A stretch of 64,000 bases of DNA from the human T2T-CHM13v2.0 reference genome, Homo sapiens: contig CP068257.2 of assembly GCA_009914755.4 (NCBI GenBank), positions 30,496,001-30,560,000 of the forward strand, given 5' to 3'. Below, in pieces: positions 25,683-40,248 of this stretch. The notes under the pieces are model-generated. The model searched no databases and had not been told where the DNA came from. It was given only the letters and a program-made list of their open reading frames with translations. The translations under genes and the position numbers were made by a program. Each line of letters opens with the position of its first letter. Positions within the stretch are counted from its first letter, which is position 1.

Positions 25683-26849
25683 TATCTAACAACATTGATA
25701 GTGGTTCCACTTCCCTGGATGTATTTTGGCTTCCATACTAGGTGGCATGGGGGAGGGGAGGTGGGGATATACTAGAGTTCCTTAGAGAAATAGGGCCCAT
25801 ACTATATATATATTATACATATATATGATTTCTTATGGGAATTGGCTCATGCAATTATGGAGACCAGGAAGTCCCATGATGTACTGTTGCAAGGTGGGGA
25901 ACCAAAAAAGCCAGTGATGTAATTCAGATTCCACAGGCCTGTGAAACAGGGGAGGCAATGGCCTCCTAGTCCGAGGCCAAAGGCCTGAGGACTGCAGTGG
26001 GACAGGGGAGGCCTGGAGGGTAAGTTCCAGGGTCCACTGGCTGGAGAAGCAGAAGCACAGAAGTCTAGATGGAGGTCCCAGTGCAAGGAAAAAGAGAATG
26101 TGCCCTTCCTCCCCCTTTTTGTTTTATTTCAGGCCTGCAATGGATTAGATGATGCCTACCCACAATGGGGAGGGTGGGTCTTCTTGACTCCATCCACTGA
26201 TTCAAACGCAAATCTCCTTCAGAAACACCCTTGTAGACACACCCAGAAATAATGTTTTACCAGCTATCTTGGCCACCCTTAGCCAGGCAACTGGACAAGT
26301 AAAATTAACCATGACTAGTAGTGAATTGCACACTTGTGCTGGAAGTTTCCATCCATCAAGAGGTACATCATTTCTGCTTAAGCCTTATTAGCCAAAGCAG
26401 ATCCGATGGCCACACCTAACTTCAAAAATGGCAGGGAAATGCGATCCTATTGAGCCTAAAAGGAACTTGAACCAGAATATTTGTGAACATGTGAAGGTGA
26501 CCACCATGCATAGGAAATAAGTAAATGACCAATAGATATTTGGATATTTGGATGAATGTATAGATGTGAGATTTTAAATATTTATAAAGGTCAGTAGAAA
26601 TCAACAAAGAGGAAAACAAATTTTATTGGTCAGGTCTCATGCACTATGCACTAACCTTGTATAAAATCACTTACAAGCTTTTCGTTAGACCTCAAAAACT
26701 CCTATAAAATAAATTTCCTTCTCATTTTACAAACTCCATGAAATCAGGAACCATGCTTTTTTTAATGGGCTGTATTTTTTAGAGCAGTTTTATGTTTACA
26801 GGAAAAACATTGAGAAGATAGTCTGGAGAGTTTACATAATGTTGATGAA

Positions 26850-27581
26850 AAGAGTCAAACTCTGTAAAATATTTGAAGAGATTTATTCTGAGCCAAATAT
26901 GAGTGACCATGGCCTGCGACACAGCCCTCAGGAGGTCCTGAGAACATGTGTCCGAGGTGGTTGGGGTACAGCCTGGTTTTATGTATTTTAGGGAGGCATA
27001 TTTTAGGGAGCAATCAAATACATTTAAGAAATACATTGGTTTGGTTTAGAAAGGCGGACAACTCAAAGCAGGGGCTTCCAGGCTATAGGGAAATTTAAAC
27101 GTTTTCTGGTTGACAATTGGTTGAGGTTATCTGAACACCTGGGATTGATAGAAAGAATGTTCACGTTAAAGATAAAGGATTGTGGAGACCAAGTTTTATT
27201 GTGCAGATGAAGTTCTTACCAGACTTTAGAGACAGCAGGTGGTAAATTGTTTTATATCAGACTTAAAAGGGCACCAGGCTCTTAGTTGATTATCTCCTGG
27301 ATTTGGGAAGGAAGGAAGGAAGGAAAACCAAGGGGAAAAGGGATTCTCTACAGAATGTGGTTTTTTCCCACAAGAGACTTTGCAGGGCAATTTCAAGGTA
27401 TGGCAAGGAAATATATTTTGGGGTAAAACATTTTGATTTTCTTCCTTGTTATGCCAGAGTCAGATTGGAAAGTCACGAGATACAGGATTAAATAAAATCC
27501 ATTTGATAAAAATTTCTGGTTTTTAGGACCTCTTAGAAAGGAATTTGGGTAAGGTAAAAAATCAGAGTTTAGTCTTCAGTC
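26850..27581 (+). repeat. About 730-bp repeat copy A (candidate 5' LTR, or one arm of a segmental duplication)
   Basis: aagagtcaaactctgtaaaatatttgaagagatttattctgagccaaatatgagtgaccatggcctgcgacacagccctcaggaggtcctgagaacatgtgtccgaggtggttggggtacagcctggttttatgtattttagggaggcat...ggttgaggttatctgaacacc...caagttttattgtgcag...ggtggtaaattgttttatatcagacttaaaagggcaccaggctcttagttgattatctcctgg...aataaaatccatttgat...cagagtttagtcttcagt. About 90% identical and collinear with 33211–33954. Contains AATAAA about 90 bp from its 3' end. Confidence 0.5.
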
Positions 27582-30500
27582 CTCCCTCTTGGCCAAAAAG
27601 CATTCACAGAAAGCATATGCAGGCCAACAGCGGCAGATTCCATGGCTCTAGGAGCACTTATTCCTAGAGTTGTCTGATCTGTTCATTTGGCGAGGTCCCA
27701 CGGTGCTAGGAAGGCTTATTCCTAGTGTAGTCTGGTTGATGGTAGTTTTAAATATTAGCGATTTGGATAATGGGGGGAGGACATGGTCTGACCTGATGCA
27801 ATAGCCAATTGTTTACCGAGTGAGATGGAGTCAGGCCTAGGGTTTAGCCTAAAAAAAACCATCCCGGATCAGATCTATTTTCTGAGTTATTATGATCCAG
27901 GTTTTTAATTGTGTCTTTCCTTTTGCTGTACCTGGCATAATATTTGCAAGAAAATGTCTAATGTTAATATAGTAACAAATATAAAGATAGTGAAGGTTTG
28001 GGCGTCCAAGGTTGTAGTTAGAATCAGAGGACACTAACCAACCCAATCAGCCAGAAAACCCCGTATGCATCATCATATTTTTGATCAAACTCACAATGTG
28101 TTTACCTTCCTTATTAAGGGTTATTTGGACCTTGTGATAAATCTTACTTGAGAATTGTGGGACAAACATTAAATTAGAATTTAATAAATGTAATCTCTTT
28201 TCTAGCCAATGTGTTTCCATAGGTATAGCATCCTATGCATATAACATAAATTAAATACCAGAAACACCTGGTCCTCAGTGTTTAAATTGTGATAGACTTG
28301 TTAACAGTAGACAAATCTATTTCCCGCCCACCACCCCCACCAACCGACTTTTGTGTTGCACCATATACTGGTATTTGGAGGGAAAAGGTTTTGTCGCAGG
28401 AGAAGTTATATAATTCTACAGTGTTATTTTTTTCCTTGGCAGGACTATCTATGGCTGAGGACCATAAGAGTTAAAAGACTTATAGCCAATTAATTGTTCT
28501 AGGCCAGATAGGAAGGGTTGTGGACAGCCATTTGTTACTTTTAAAAATTATTAGTTTAAGTAAAAAGGCCAGCAGAAAAACCAAAAGGCAAAGTTGCAAG
28601 ACTGACTTATTTTTAACTTCTATGTGTTGAGCTGCTGTGAGTTTGGTTTTTGTTACAGACTTACAGCAATTAGCTATACAAAACATAAGCACTGCTCTGA
28701 AAAATTAAAAATATATATGGATAGATAGGTTTATTTTTACCACTTATCATTGGGAGTATTATACCCAGGAAGCTTTGTGGTAAGGTATTTTATCCTGTTA
28801 GTAAATGTTTTTCTTTAATTTTACAGCAAAATTTTATGGTTGGGATGGATGCAAAAGTGACAAATAATAGTTTAGAAGACAAGCAAACTTGTTTTACCAG
28901 CTGTTTAGGCATTTTTTTTTTGGACCTCCTTTTTGATTTGGAGGGTTTGATCTTGTCCTAATTTTATCCCTCGAAACTGGCCCTTACAAATTGTACATGC
29001 CCACCTCTTCTGCGATAGTCCCTGGACCTAGAGGGAGGCAGCTTGTATAGCTCTGGCAGCAAAGCATTAGCAGTGAAACAGATCCAGACCCAGTGGATGT
29101 CAAATGAGGGAGATTCCTATCTCTGGTCTTCAGAATACCATGATTTTGGTTTGCTTGGAAGTAAAACAAAAAGAGATAAATAACAGTTATAGTTTGACAG
29201 TTATAACAGTAATTTGTATGTTAGAACAGAAAAAGGAACCTGTTCCATTAGGGCACCAACTGAAAACATGAAGAAAAATTATAATCAGGTACTTTTTAGA
29301 GGATTATTGTAGCCAAGAAATAATGATTTCATCTGTATGTAAAAAGTTAGGGTTGAAATGTAGTATTAAGTGTTACACTTTGCCCTTCAAACAATTTTTT
29401 TGCTGCCTTTTTTATTAAAGAGAATTTTATAGCCAGGCCAATTTGTGTGCAATGCTAGTTTTAGGCTTATTATGCTTGCCTGATGATTTGCATAAAATGC
29501 AGCAAGAAATCGACTGGCCATATAGACTTCTTTTAAAGTTGATTTTGCTGAAACTTTACCTAAAAATAGGCTATACTAGTTTCAGTCTTGGTAAAATAAC
29601 CAGTGTCACCAATTGTTAGGAAAAAAAAAACTATTATTGAACTTATGCAGACAACTATATTGCCATAAAATTACAATCTGAATTTTGGAGGATTCAGAAA
29701 GGGAAATTTGCTTACAAAAACATACTTTACCCAAATAATTTAAAAGAAAAAGATTTCCTTGACCCTTTTTTAACCAGAGCAGCAGCTTTGAAAACGAGAT
29801 GTTTGCTTACCTTGGAAATGTCATTTACAAATCAAACAGCTCAGGAGAGCTATTAGGCATTGTGGAATTTAGCAGCTCCTTACAATTAGTTCTAGAAAAG
29901 AGCCTCTCTGCTTATTAGGTAGCAAGATTTTATGTAAACCATTTTTATTTTATTATGGAACTTTTTGGGAAACATTATTTCCATTAATATAGAGGTAGCT
30001 TTAGTTAATATTCCATAGCAAGCCAGTAAATGCCCCATCAAAATACCTCAGTTGTTGTTATTGAAAAGTACTCACAGTTTTTGCCATCAGTCCGGATAAA
30101 TGCTCCACACAAAAGGCTATGCAGTGGAGGATTTACATGAGCAGATTTACATGTCTTCAGTTTTATGGTACTAGAAAGGGGAAAACATCCCCCAGTGAGT
30201 TAGATATAGTACCCACTTTTATAAGACATTTAGGTGAAAGGGGTTACAACTACCTTACATAAAGCTTGTTTAAATATTTCACATTTTATAATTCTATTAA
30301 CCTATATATTTTTATGTTCTGGTCCCAGGAAGCGTTTTTACCCCCAGACCATTTTACCTTTTCTGGAGAAAAGGATTTGGGTTTCCAGCGGGGGGTTGCA
30401 TCTGTGAGATCTATGAGGGATATCAGATTTGATAAGGCTTCTTAAACAGACCTATGATTCTGTGGGAGGGGCACCATGTAAAAGAGACCCCCTTAACCCC

Positions 30501-30608
30501 CAAATTGACCATGACCCAGGTAATAGACATATCAGGTGGGAGGATATCCCAGTTATAAAGCTAGTCCAACATGGCTTGCATATGAGAGATATTAACTGCT
30601 TCATCTAG

Positions 30609-31046
<438 letters not shown>

Positions 31047-32152
31047 TGTTTGCTTTTTCAGGAATAAACCTTTGTGCATTAGTGATTGTTCAGTAGTGAG
31101 CTCTGGGTCCTGCAAGCTCTTAAATTTTGTAGCATTTAAAATTAAGAATTTTGTCCTTAAAGTGGTTAAGTGGTTATTTTTACAATTTACTATAGTAAAG
31201 TTTTTTTTTGTTATTGTTGTTGTTGTTTTTAAAGAAGCTAAATGATACCAATCTACAAAGTGGAACAATTCCTTTACATGACACCCTTTGGTTTTAAATA
31301 GTTACTTGGTTTTGCCCTTCCCCCATATCAACTATTTTCTTGGTAACCATGGGGCTCAGAGTTTTGTTGCCCTAGATTGTTTATTTTTTTCATTTAGTTT
31401 TATTTGTATAACTTCCTTTATTATAAAGCAACTCTTAAATAGTTTCTTAACCAAAAAGAAACTTAGATTTTTTTGAGAATTGATACTATGTTTATAAAAT
31501 TTTAACAAAAGCATATTTTATATTTCTACTATTTTAACTGTTTAGTAACCCAAATTTCCAGTGGGGGAAAAGAAAAAACCAGAGGGTTGAACATGACTTT
31601 GAGAATTTTAAATTACTGGAGAGTTTTGAGATTAAATTTACCAAATTAATTTTTACCAAAGATTACCAAGGTCATGTGAATTAAAAGGCATCTGAGCTAG
31701 TGTTTACCAATTTGATAAGCATTTACAATTTTTTAAGTTACTTGATTAGAGCTTTTTCATGTGATTTGGTAGCGAAATATCACTTCCACATGACACATAT
31801 AGAAATAGAGATATAACAGGCATGCAGAATTAAAAGGCAGGTCTTTACTTGTCTGTTTTCAAAAATAATTTTTTTCCTTACTTAGATAATTAGTAAAAGT
31901 TACAGGAGCCAACAAAATGTGAAGGAGAGAGCCATCATTCAAGGCCTTTTCAAAAGAGAAATGGTGGCACTTTAAAGATATCAATCTGAAGAATGTTAAA
32001 GAAACACATTATAGAATTTAAAAATTTTTAAACTTTTTGCATTGAAAAAAAGTCAATATTTGTAATAAAATCTTGTTTTAACCAATTGTTTAGTTTTGTA
32101 TTAGTGCACTTTTTTAGTATTAAAGACCCATCTCTAGAAAGATTATTATGAT

Positions 32153-32453
32153 TTTTTTTTTTTTCTTTTTGAGACAGAGTTTTGCTCCTGTTGCCCAGGC
32201 TGGCGTTCAATGACACAGTCTCGGCTCCCCACAACCACCGCCTCCTGAGTTCAAGTGATTCTCCTGCCTCAGCCTCCCGAGTAGCTGGGATTACAGGCAT
32301 GCACCACCATGCCCCGCTAATTTTTGTATTTTGAGTAGAGACGGGGTTTCTCCTTGTTGGTCAGGCTGTTCTCGAACTCCTGACCTCAGGTGATCTGCCT
32401 GCCTTGGCCTCTCAAAGGGCTAGAATTACAGGCATGAGCCACCACACCCGGCC
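32153..32453 (-). mobile_element. Alu SINE, antisense
   Basis: T-run then ctttttgagacagagttttgctcctgttgcccaggctggcgttcaatgacacagtctcggctccccacaaccaccgcctcctgagttcaagtgattctcctgcctcagcctcccgagtagctgggattacaggcatgcaccaccatgccccgctaatttttgtattttgagtagagacggggtttctcc...ctcaaagggctagaattacaggcatgagccaccacacccggcc. Confidence 0.95.
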
Positions 32454-33210
32454 TGATTTCTTTTTAATTATAGCCAATACCAGCTGAATTATACAACACC
32501 CTTAAAAATTTATTTTACTAACCTTATTATGACTTACCTAGACCTTTAACAATGGTTAGACTTTCTGTTTTATCCTAAATATCTCTCTTCCTTGAACAAC
32601 CCAGTTATTTTATTTTAGGGCAAAAATTCACCACACAAGATTCTTTCTTATATAAAATCACTTTCCTTTTTACTTTCTTTACCAAAAATACCTCCTTATA
32701 TCTTTAACTTTTTTCATCTTTTATTTCCTGATTTCTTTACCTTGTTTTATACATAACCCTTAAATAAGGTTTGAATTGGACAAAGATATTGTACCTCTAA
32801 TAAGAATGTTAAAAAAATGTTTTCCTACAATTCTTAAATTGGAAATTACCCAGATACTTAATATCAAATAATAACCTTAGGTCCTAAATTATGACAACTT
32901 TGTTTACAAGCATTTATTCCATTACATTTACCTCATTAATTTTGTAGTTTGCCTAGATTGTTTACTAAAACTGTGAGAGCCAATATTTAAAGTTATTTTT
33001 CTATTAACCATTTTTATAGCTGTGAATTTCAGGTATTTACTTTAGTAATAAAACTTATGGTTAGTTTTAAAAGTATTTATACCAATAACTCAGTATTTAG
33101 CTGTTGTCATTTAAGCCAACAATATTTCATAAGCATATACAGGCAAAAATCATTTTGTCTTGGTCTGTGTTTTATAGTTTATAACCCTTATGGCAAAAAT
33201 TATAGTATTC

Positions 33211-33954
33211 AAGAGTCAAACTCTATAAAATATTTGAAGAGATTTATTGTGAGCCAAATATGAATGACCATGACCTGTGACACAGCCCTCAGCGGGGCCT
33301 GAGAACATGTACCCAATGTGGTTGGGCTACAGCTTGGTTTTATGTATTTTAGGAAGGTGTGAGACATCAATCAAATACATTTAAGAAATACATTGGTTTG
33401 GTTTGGAAAGGTGGGACAACTCAAAGTGGGGGCTTCCAGGCTATAGGGAAATTTAAACATTATCTGGTTGACAATTGGTTGAGGTTATCTGAAGACCTAG
33501 TCAACAGAAAGGAATGCTCAGGTGAAAGAAAAGATTGTGGAGACCAAGTTTTATTGTGCAGAGGAAGCTCTTAGGTAGCAGACTTTAGAGAGAGCAGGTG
33601 GTAAATTGTTTTATATCAGACTTAAAAGGGTGCCTGACTCTTAGTTGATTATCTCCTGGATCTGAGAAGGAAGGAAGGAAAACCAAGGGGAAAGGGGATT
33701 CTCTATAGAATGTGGATTTTTCTCACCAGAGACTTTGCAGGGCAATTTCAAGGTATGGCAAGGAAATACATTTTGGGGTAAAACATTTTGATTTTCTTCC
33801 TTGTTATGCCAGAGTCAGATTGGAAAGTAAGTCATGATATACAGGGTTCAATAAAACCCATCTGATGAGAATTTATGGTTTGTAGGCCATGAGTCCCCAG
33901 ACCCCTCAGAAGGGAATTTGGGTAAGATAAAAAAATCAGAGCTTAGTCCTCAAT
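33211..33954 (+). repeat. About 740-bp repeat copy B (candidate 3' LTR)
   Basis: aagagtcaaactctataaaatatttgaagagatttattgtgagccaaatatgaatgaccatgacctgtgacacagccctcagcggggcctgagaacatgtacccaatgtggttgggctacagcttggttttatgtattttaggaaggtgtgagacatcaatcaaatacatttaagaaatacattggtttggtttggaaaggtgggacaactcaaagtgggggcttccaggctatagggaaatttaaac...caataaaacccatctgat...cagagcttagtcctcaat. Collinear with 26850–27581. Confidence 0.5.
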
Positions 33955-33965
33955 AAACACCTCTG

Positions 33966-34007
33966 CAACACACACACACACACACATACACACACACACA
34001 CATACAC
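33966..34007 (+). repeat. (AC)n microsatellite
   Basis: caacacacacacacacacacatacacacacacacacatacac. Confidence 0.95.
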
Positions 34008-34099
34008 CATTTCCTCTATTATTGATATCTTACATTAGTACAGTATGTGAACCCCAAATATCTGAGACAGGTCACAGTTAATATAGAAAGTTTAGTTTG

Positions 34100-34292
34100 C
34101 CAAGATTGAGGATGGGCGCTTGTGACACAGACTCAGGAGCTCCTGACAACATGTGTCCACGGTGGTCAGAGCACAGTTTGGTTTTATACATTTTAGGGAG
34201 GCATGAGACATCAATCAACATACATAAGATAAACATTGGTTTGGTCCGGAAAGGTGGGACAACTCTAAGCAGGGAGGGAGCTTCCATTCCAG
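34100..34292 (+). repeat. Truncated third copy of the 26850/33211 repeat (homologous to its first 200 bp)
   Basis: gccaagattgaggatgggcgcttgtgacacagactcaggagctcctgacaacatgtgtccacggtggtcagagcacagtttggttttatacattttagggaggcatgagacatcaatcaacatacataagataaacattggtttggtccggaaaggtgggacaactctaagcagggagggagcttccattccagg. Confidence 0.55.
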
Positions 34293-34300
34293 GTAGATGA

Positions 34301-34612
<312 letters not shown>

Positions 34613-35114
34613 TGAGTGTCTGTCTAGCCTCTCCAAAAGAGGCAATCAGATACGCATTTATCTCAGTGAGCAGAGGGGTAATTTTAAATAGAAGAGGAGG
34701 CAGGTTTGCCCTAAGCAGTTCCCTGCATGACTTTTCCCTTTAGCTTAGTGATTTTGGGACCCCAAGATTTATTTTCATTTCACAGTACATTCATCATAAT
34801 TAACGAATCGATAGTGATACATTATTATTAAAGTTCATACTTTAGCTTGATTTCCTTCGTTTTTATCTAATATCCTCTCTTCTTCAAGAATCCCATCGAG
34901 GATACAAATTACATTTCATTGTTGTGTCTCCTTTGTCTCTTTTCGGCTGTGACCACTTCTCAGATTCTCAGGCTGTCCTTTGTTTTTGGTGACCTTGACA
35001 GTTATGAAGAGCACTGTTTGGGTATTTTATAAAATGTCCCTCATTTGAGATTTGACTGATGTTTTTCTCAAATCAGACTAGTGTTATGGGTTTTGGGGGT
35101 GACCATTTACTTAG

Positions 35115-35478
<364 letters not shown>

Positions 35479-35559
35479 TAAATAAACGTTTTTTGACTAA
35501 ATGAATATTTACCAGTAAGAAAATACATTCAGAAAGTTTAAGAAATGTGTTGAAAGATA

Positions 35560-35840
35560 TCTTGCTCATCAGAGGCAAAACTAGGATAGAACCCAGGACT
35601 CTGACTCAGAAACTCTACTTTCCACTAGATTATATTAACCTCAAAATAATTATAGCAACAGCTTCTAGACACTGTCCTAGTTAATACAGTATATATTGTT
35701 TCTAATTCTCTCAACACCATTTCAAGGAATGCATTATTATCCTATTTTCCTGAAGCTCAGGGGTATCTGGAGCATCTTCTCCAAGGTCACATGTGAAAAA
35801 GTGGCCTGGGTTTTGAACCAACTGTGGCTGCCTCTAGAGT
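35560..35840 (+). mobile_element. MIR-family SINE fragments (two partial copies)
   Basis: ...ctaggatagaacccaggactctgactcagaaactctactttccactagattat... (MIR 3' part) and ...tattatcctattttcctgaagctcaggggtatctggagcatcttctccaaggtcacatgtgaaaaagtggcctgggttttgaaccaac... (MIR core). Confidence 0.4.
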
Positions 35841-36299
35841 TTCTGCCCACACCATTACCATCGCAGCGAGCTCTCAAAGACGACCAAGTGATTCTTCCCG
35901 CCTCAAAACTCTCCAAAGCCTCACCGACACTGCCAGTGAAACTTTGCCTGCCCTACGCACCCTCACTTCCCACTTTCCCAACTGCACTTCCTACTCCAGG
36001 CATGGGAAGCCCCTGGCCACTCCCCTAATGGGCGCGCTGCGTCGAGGATCTTTGTAAGTGCTCTTGTCATGCTTAGAACACCTTTCCTCTCCCATCTCTT
36101 GCCCCTCTGTGGGAGACGGGGGATCTTATTTATATTTCACCCATCAGTTTCAACTCCCAACTCTATGAAACAAACCTCTGATCCATCCAAGTGGACTTCA
36201 TCCTCCCAACATTGTGCACCTTAGTTCATAGTGCATGCCACTATTATTGTACTGATCGTATCATAGTGATATTGTTCAAGTATAGCTCTTACTCTCTAA

Positions 36300-36430
36300 T
36301 CAGACATGGAACTTCTCTGGGCAAGGATACTTTCCTATTCATCTTTATACCTACCATAACCTAGTAGAGTGCCTGGCATATCACCAGTGTTCAATAATGA
36401 GTGAATGAATGAACAAATAAATGAGTAAAT
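36300..36430 (+). mobile_element. MIR-family SINE 3' fragment
   Basis: ...tctttatacctaccataacctagtagagtgcctggcatatcaccagtgttcaataatgagtgaatgaatgaac... resembles the MIR tail (...gtgcctggcacatagtaggtgctcaataaatgtttgttgaatgaatgaatg). Confidence 0.4.
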
Positions 36431-38730
36431 ATGGAAGAGTATATAACAATCTTCCAAGCAGGAACGTACAGCTCCCGAAAGTGAACTGAATGCTGCCTCC
36501 AGACTCCCTTCTCCTCCAAAGCCAGGGGCACATGGCCAATCACTCCAGGAGTTTTCCATCTTGCTATTAAATGCATCTTGTTGGATCCATGGACGAGTAA
36601 CACCAAGGACCTTAGAGTGAAGAATTGGCTTAATCTCAGTATCTAAGCAAGTTAATGAGCCAGAAATCCAGCAGAGCCTCTTCTGTCATTTCGCAAAGAA
36701 AACACAGGAAAAGTCCCATCATAAACTACCTTAAGGCCAAGTATCTGTTCCACAAAGACATTCTCATCAGCTCTGTATAGAAGAATCAGATGCTGGTTTA
36801 ATCCCCTTTCGCTTTTGCTGTCCCTGAGCAATTCAAAGTGGAGTGGAAACCTGGCAGTTAACCAATTAGCTTGATTGGAATAAACAGCCAAATTAGATAA
36901 TTAATGACCATGTTTGCCAAATTTCCACTTCATTTTTTGCTGGGTAGATACATCCCTGAGGCTACAGATACATTTACAAGCAAATTGCCCAATTTTCCTG
37001 CTGAATCCTCCTGTTTCATGAATCTCACATCTACCCCTTCTGGTTCTTTTCCATCACTTTAGAAAACAACTAGAGAAAGAGTCATGCTCACAACATCACA
37101 ACACTGGGAAACTAACCCTCACACCTGGTTCTTAGAAGGAGACTGGTGTCCACATCTGGCAGGTCAACCCAGGCCAAGGTTATGACCTTGCCTTTGCTTT
37201 CTACATCAGCATCCGCAAAATGACTGCTCTGCCTGCCCTTTGACACAGGAGCCAAGAAAAGTGGGAGATCCCCTCCTACAGGTCACATACTGGATGTGAC
37301 TTGAGGAATTGGTATCCTTCCTCTCCAGATTGTTTCATCTCACTATTTGCATGACTGGGAGAAGCTACGTCTATTGCTTCCCAAAGGCTCTTTTTGGCCA
37401 CTATTGCATTGATGGAAAGTTGAGTGGCAGGACATTTCCAGATCAAAAAAAGATTTCTGGAGGTCTAAAGGAGGCAGTTTTTTGTAATGGAAGTAACATG
37501 GTGGTTGTCTTCATTTGTTTGTGTTGCTATAAAGGGATACCTGAGGTTAGGTAATAAGGAAAAGAGGTGTGCAAGAAACTTGGGGTCAGCATTTGTTTCT
37601 GGTGAGGCCTCAGGAAGCTTCCACTCATGGTGGAAGGTGAACAGGAACAGTCATCACATGATGAGAGAAGAGGCGAGAGAGAGGAGGTGCAAGGCTCTTT
37701 TCAACAAGCAGTACTTGTGAGAACTAAGAGTAAGAACTCATTCATTACCATGTGAGGACTGCACCAAGCCATTCTTGAGGGATCCACCCCCATGATCCAA
37801 ACACCTCCCACTAGCCCCCACCTCCAACATTAGGGTCAGATTTTAACATAAGACTTGGTGAGGCCGAGCAAACCATATCCAAACCATAGCAGTGGTCAAC
37901 AAGATAAGGAGTATAAAGCATCCTGCACAGATTTTAATCAGGTGCTGGGAAGCTAGAAGATGGGGGATAAAGAGAGTTGCAGAGCCAGTATTAGCACAGT
38001 CAGTCCACCCCGTAGCTATATTCAATTACCGGCGTGAGAGTACTCAGGAATTCTCAAACCTTTCAAGAAGCACACTTTCTTTTTTCATTATTTAGAGGAT
38101 ACTTTATTAGTTTCTGTAACCAAACTCATGTAGATAAGACCTTACATATTTAATATAGTGTGTTACCCCTGTACAAATGGAAAAATATTAAGTTTAATGT
38201 TTCTAGACCAATATGGCTGTTAATTTCTGTACAACGCCAACTTAACACAGTAAACTGGGATACTTTTTCCAAAGGTCACAGCACAGCTGAAGTTTCCAAA
38301 AATTCAAATTATATATATATATTTGTATATATATTTTTATATAAAAAGACCAATAATAGCAGTATGTTATACATCAATAACAGCAACAGCTTTTCTAGGT
38401 TCTGCGGTCATCTGAACAAAATTATAGAGACATCCAGCACACTCCATTTAAAAAAAGTCAGGGGGTTGGGGAAAGGTAAAAAACAAATCCCCAGAAAATT
38501 GCAAAGTTCTGTTACTGTTATGGTACTGGCACCATTTTTTAAAATTAGCTTCTGAATCATCATCTGGAAAGAAAACATTCTAGAATAACATCCTTAAAAA
38601 TAGCTCTGATAAAGCATGGTCACTACTACATATCAATAAGCAGGTACAAGACATTTTACAATCACACAGGTATGACACAGAACTGTCCTATGCCAATAGA
38701 TAGAGGATACAATTAAAAAGGCATTACTTG

Positions 38731-38985
38731 GCCGGGCACGGTGGCTCATGCCTGTAATCCCAGCACTTTGGGAGGCTGAGGCAGGCGGATCACCTGAGGT
38801 TGGGAGTTCAAGACCAGCCTGACCAACATGGAGAAACCCTGTCTCTACTAAAAATAGAAAATTAGCTGGGCATGGTGGTGCATGCCTGTAATCCCAGCTA
38901 CTCGGGAGGCTGACGCAGGAGAATTGCTTGAACCCAGGAGGCGGTGAGCAGAGATGGCGCCACCGCACTCCAACCTGGGCAACAA
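38731..38985 (+). mobile_element. Alu SINE body followed by an unusually complex A-rich tail (to 39120), bounded by a 16-bp TSD
   Basis: ggccgggcacggtggctcatgcctgtaatcccagcactttgggaggctgaggcaggcggatcacctgaggttgggagttcaagaccagcctgaccaacatggagaaacc...gcgccaccgcactccaacctgggcaacaagaatgaaac. Then a 135-bp A-rich stretch containing (TAAT)4 and ending in A13. TSD aaaaaggcattacttg (38715–38730) and aaaaaggcattatttg (39119–39134). Confidence 0.85.
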
Positions 38986-39065
38986 GAATGAAACACATGA
39001 AGAACATAGAAGCCCAAATTGAGAGACATTCCACAAAATAATCAAAAATCCTCAAAACTCAATGT

Positions 39066-39106
39066 CATGAGTACTAAATTAATTAATTAATTAACTAAGT
39101 AACATG
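39066..39106 (+). repeat. 41-bp exact repeat, copy 1 (partner at 40249)
   Basis: gagtactaaattaattaattaattaactaagtaacatgat. Confidence 0.9.
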
Positions 39107-40248
39107 ATCTAAAAAAAAAAAAAGGCATTATTTGAGACTTGATTCTACTTTTCCAGCAGAGGGCCCAAAGGATGGCATGACACAGCTCTGTAAAGAAAGG
39201 CACTTTCTTAGGATTTCCTTTAATTAGTGACACAGTTCTAGGTCTCACTGTTCTTCATGAACACCAGCTAAAAACTGGTTTAAAAAAAAAAGGAAAGAAA
39301 AGGGAAAGGAAAAAAAAGAAAAGAAAAAAACCCCAAAACCATGGGATTCATACAAAGATGACTGAGTGGGGGCAAGAAAGACTCAGCCTAACTAGTATTT
39401 TACCAAATCTGACACGTTTGAATGATGAGAGCTCCATGGAAGAAAGGAGATGCTAAGAGGTGAATAAGCACACTTTTAATGGTCACATGTCTACATTACA
39501 CTGGGCCCTTGTTGGGATTTTTTGCATTAAAAAATATCTTTTTAGTGTCTACCTACTTCATGCTAACTGCTATTCTACAGACACAATGATAAACAAGACC
39601 AATAACTTACAATCTAGTGAACAGGCATTATCACCTTCTCACTCCTGCAAAGCTGATATTAAAACCCCATCTTGGTCATCCCTGAGCACTCCAAGGTCTA
39701 CAAAGCAGGTAGAGATGCTAGGACGGGAACTAAATGCAGAAAACAGATCAGAGTTGCCAGGGGGTGAGGGGCAGGGTGGACAACTACAAAAGAGACGCAC
39801 AGGACAATTTTTAGCTGAATGTAGTGTTCTACATGTACTATGGTGATGGATACATGCTTCTGTGCATTTTCAAATGCCATTGCAATGTATCTCACAAAGA
39901 ATGAAGTTCAATGTAGGCAAAAATGTTAAAAATCAACCAGGAGGTCATGGAATCTCAGGAGGTAATGCAGACAGTGATAAATTGTATTACAAATGTATCA
40001 CATAATCCAGTTAGCAGCAAGCACACCAACACCAGATATTGGCTTCTAAATACCATTCTCTGACAAAAGAAACCAGAGCACTGGAGAAATGTTTGATTCT
40101 AGGGCTGGGACAGGGAAAATGCAAAATGAGCCTGGAGTATTGTGTAGTATCAAGAAAGGAAGTGCTCAAAAAACAGAAGGATGGAGGCAGGTCAAAAGGA
40201 CATGACAGCCAAACTGAAAGAGTTCCCAGTGGCCAAAGCTGGAACAAA

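Noticed and set aside
27640-27760. About 60-bp tandem duplication (…cttattcctagagttgtctg… / …cttattcctagtgtagtctgg…) inside the LTR-bracketed interior
   Set aside because: It is a real but trivial two-unit local duplication, too small and too diverged to interpret. I folded it into the larger finding.
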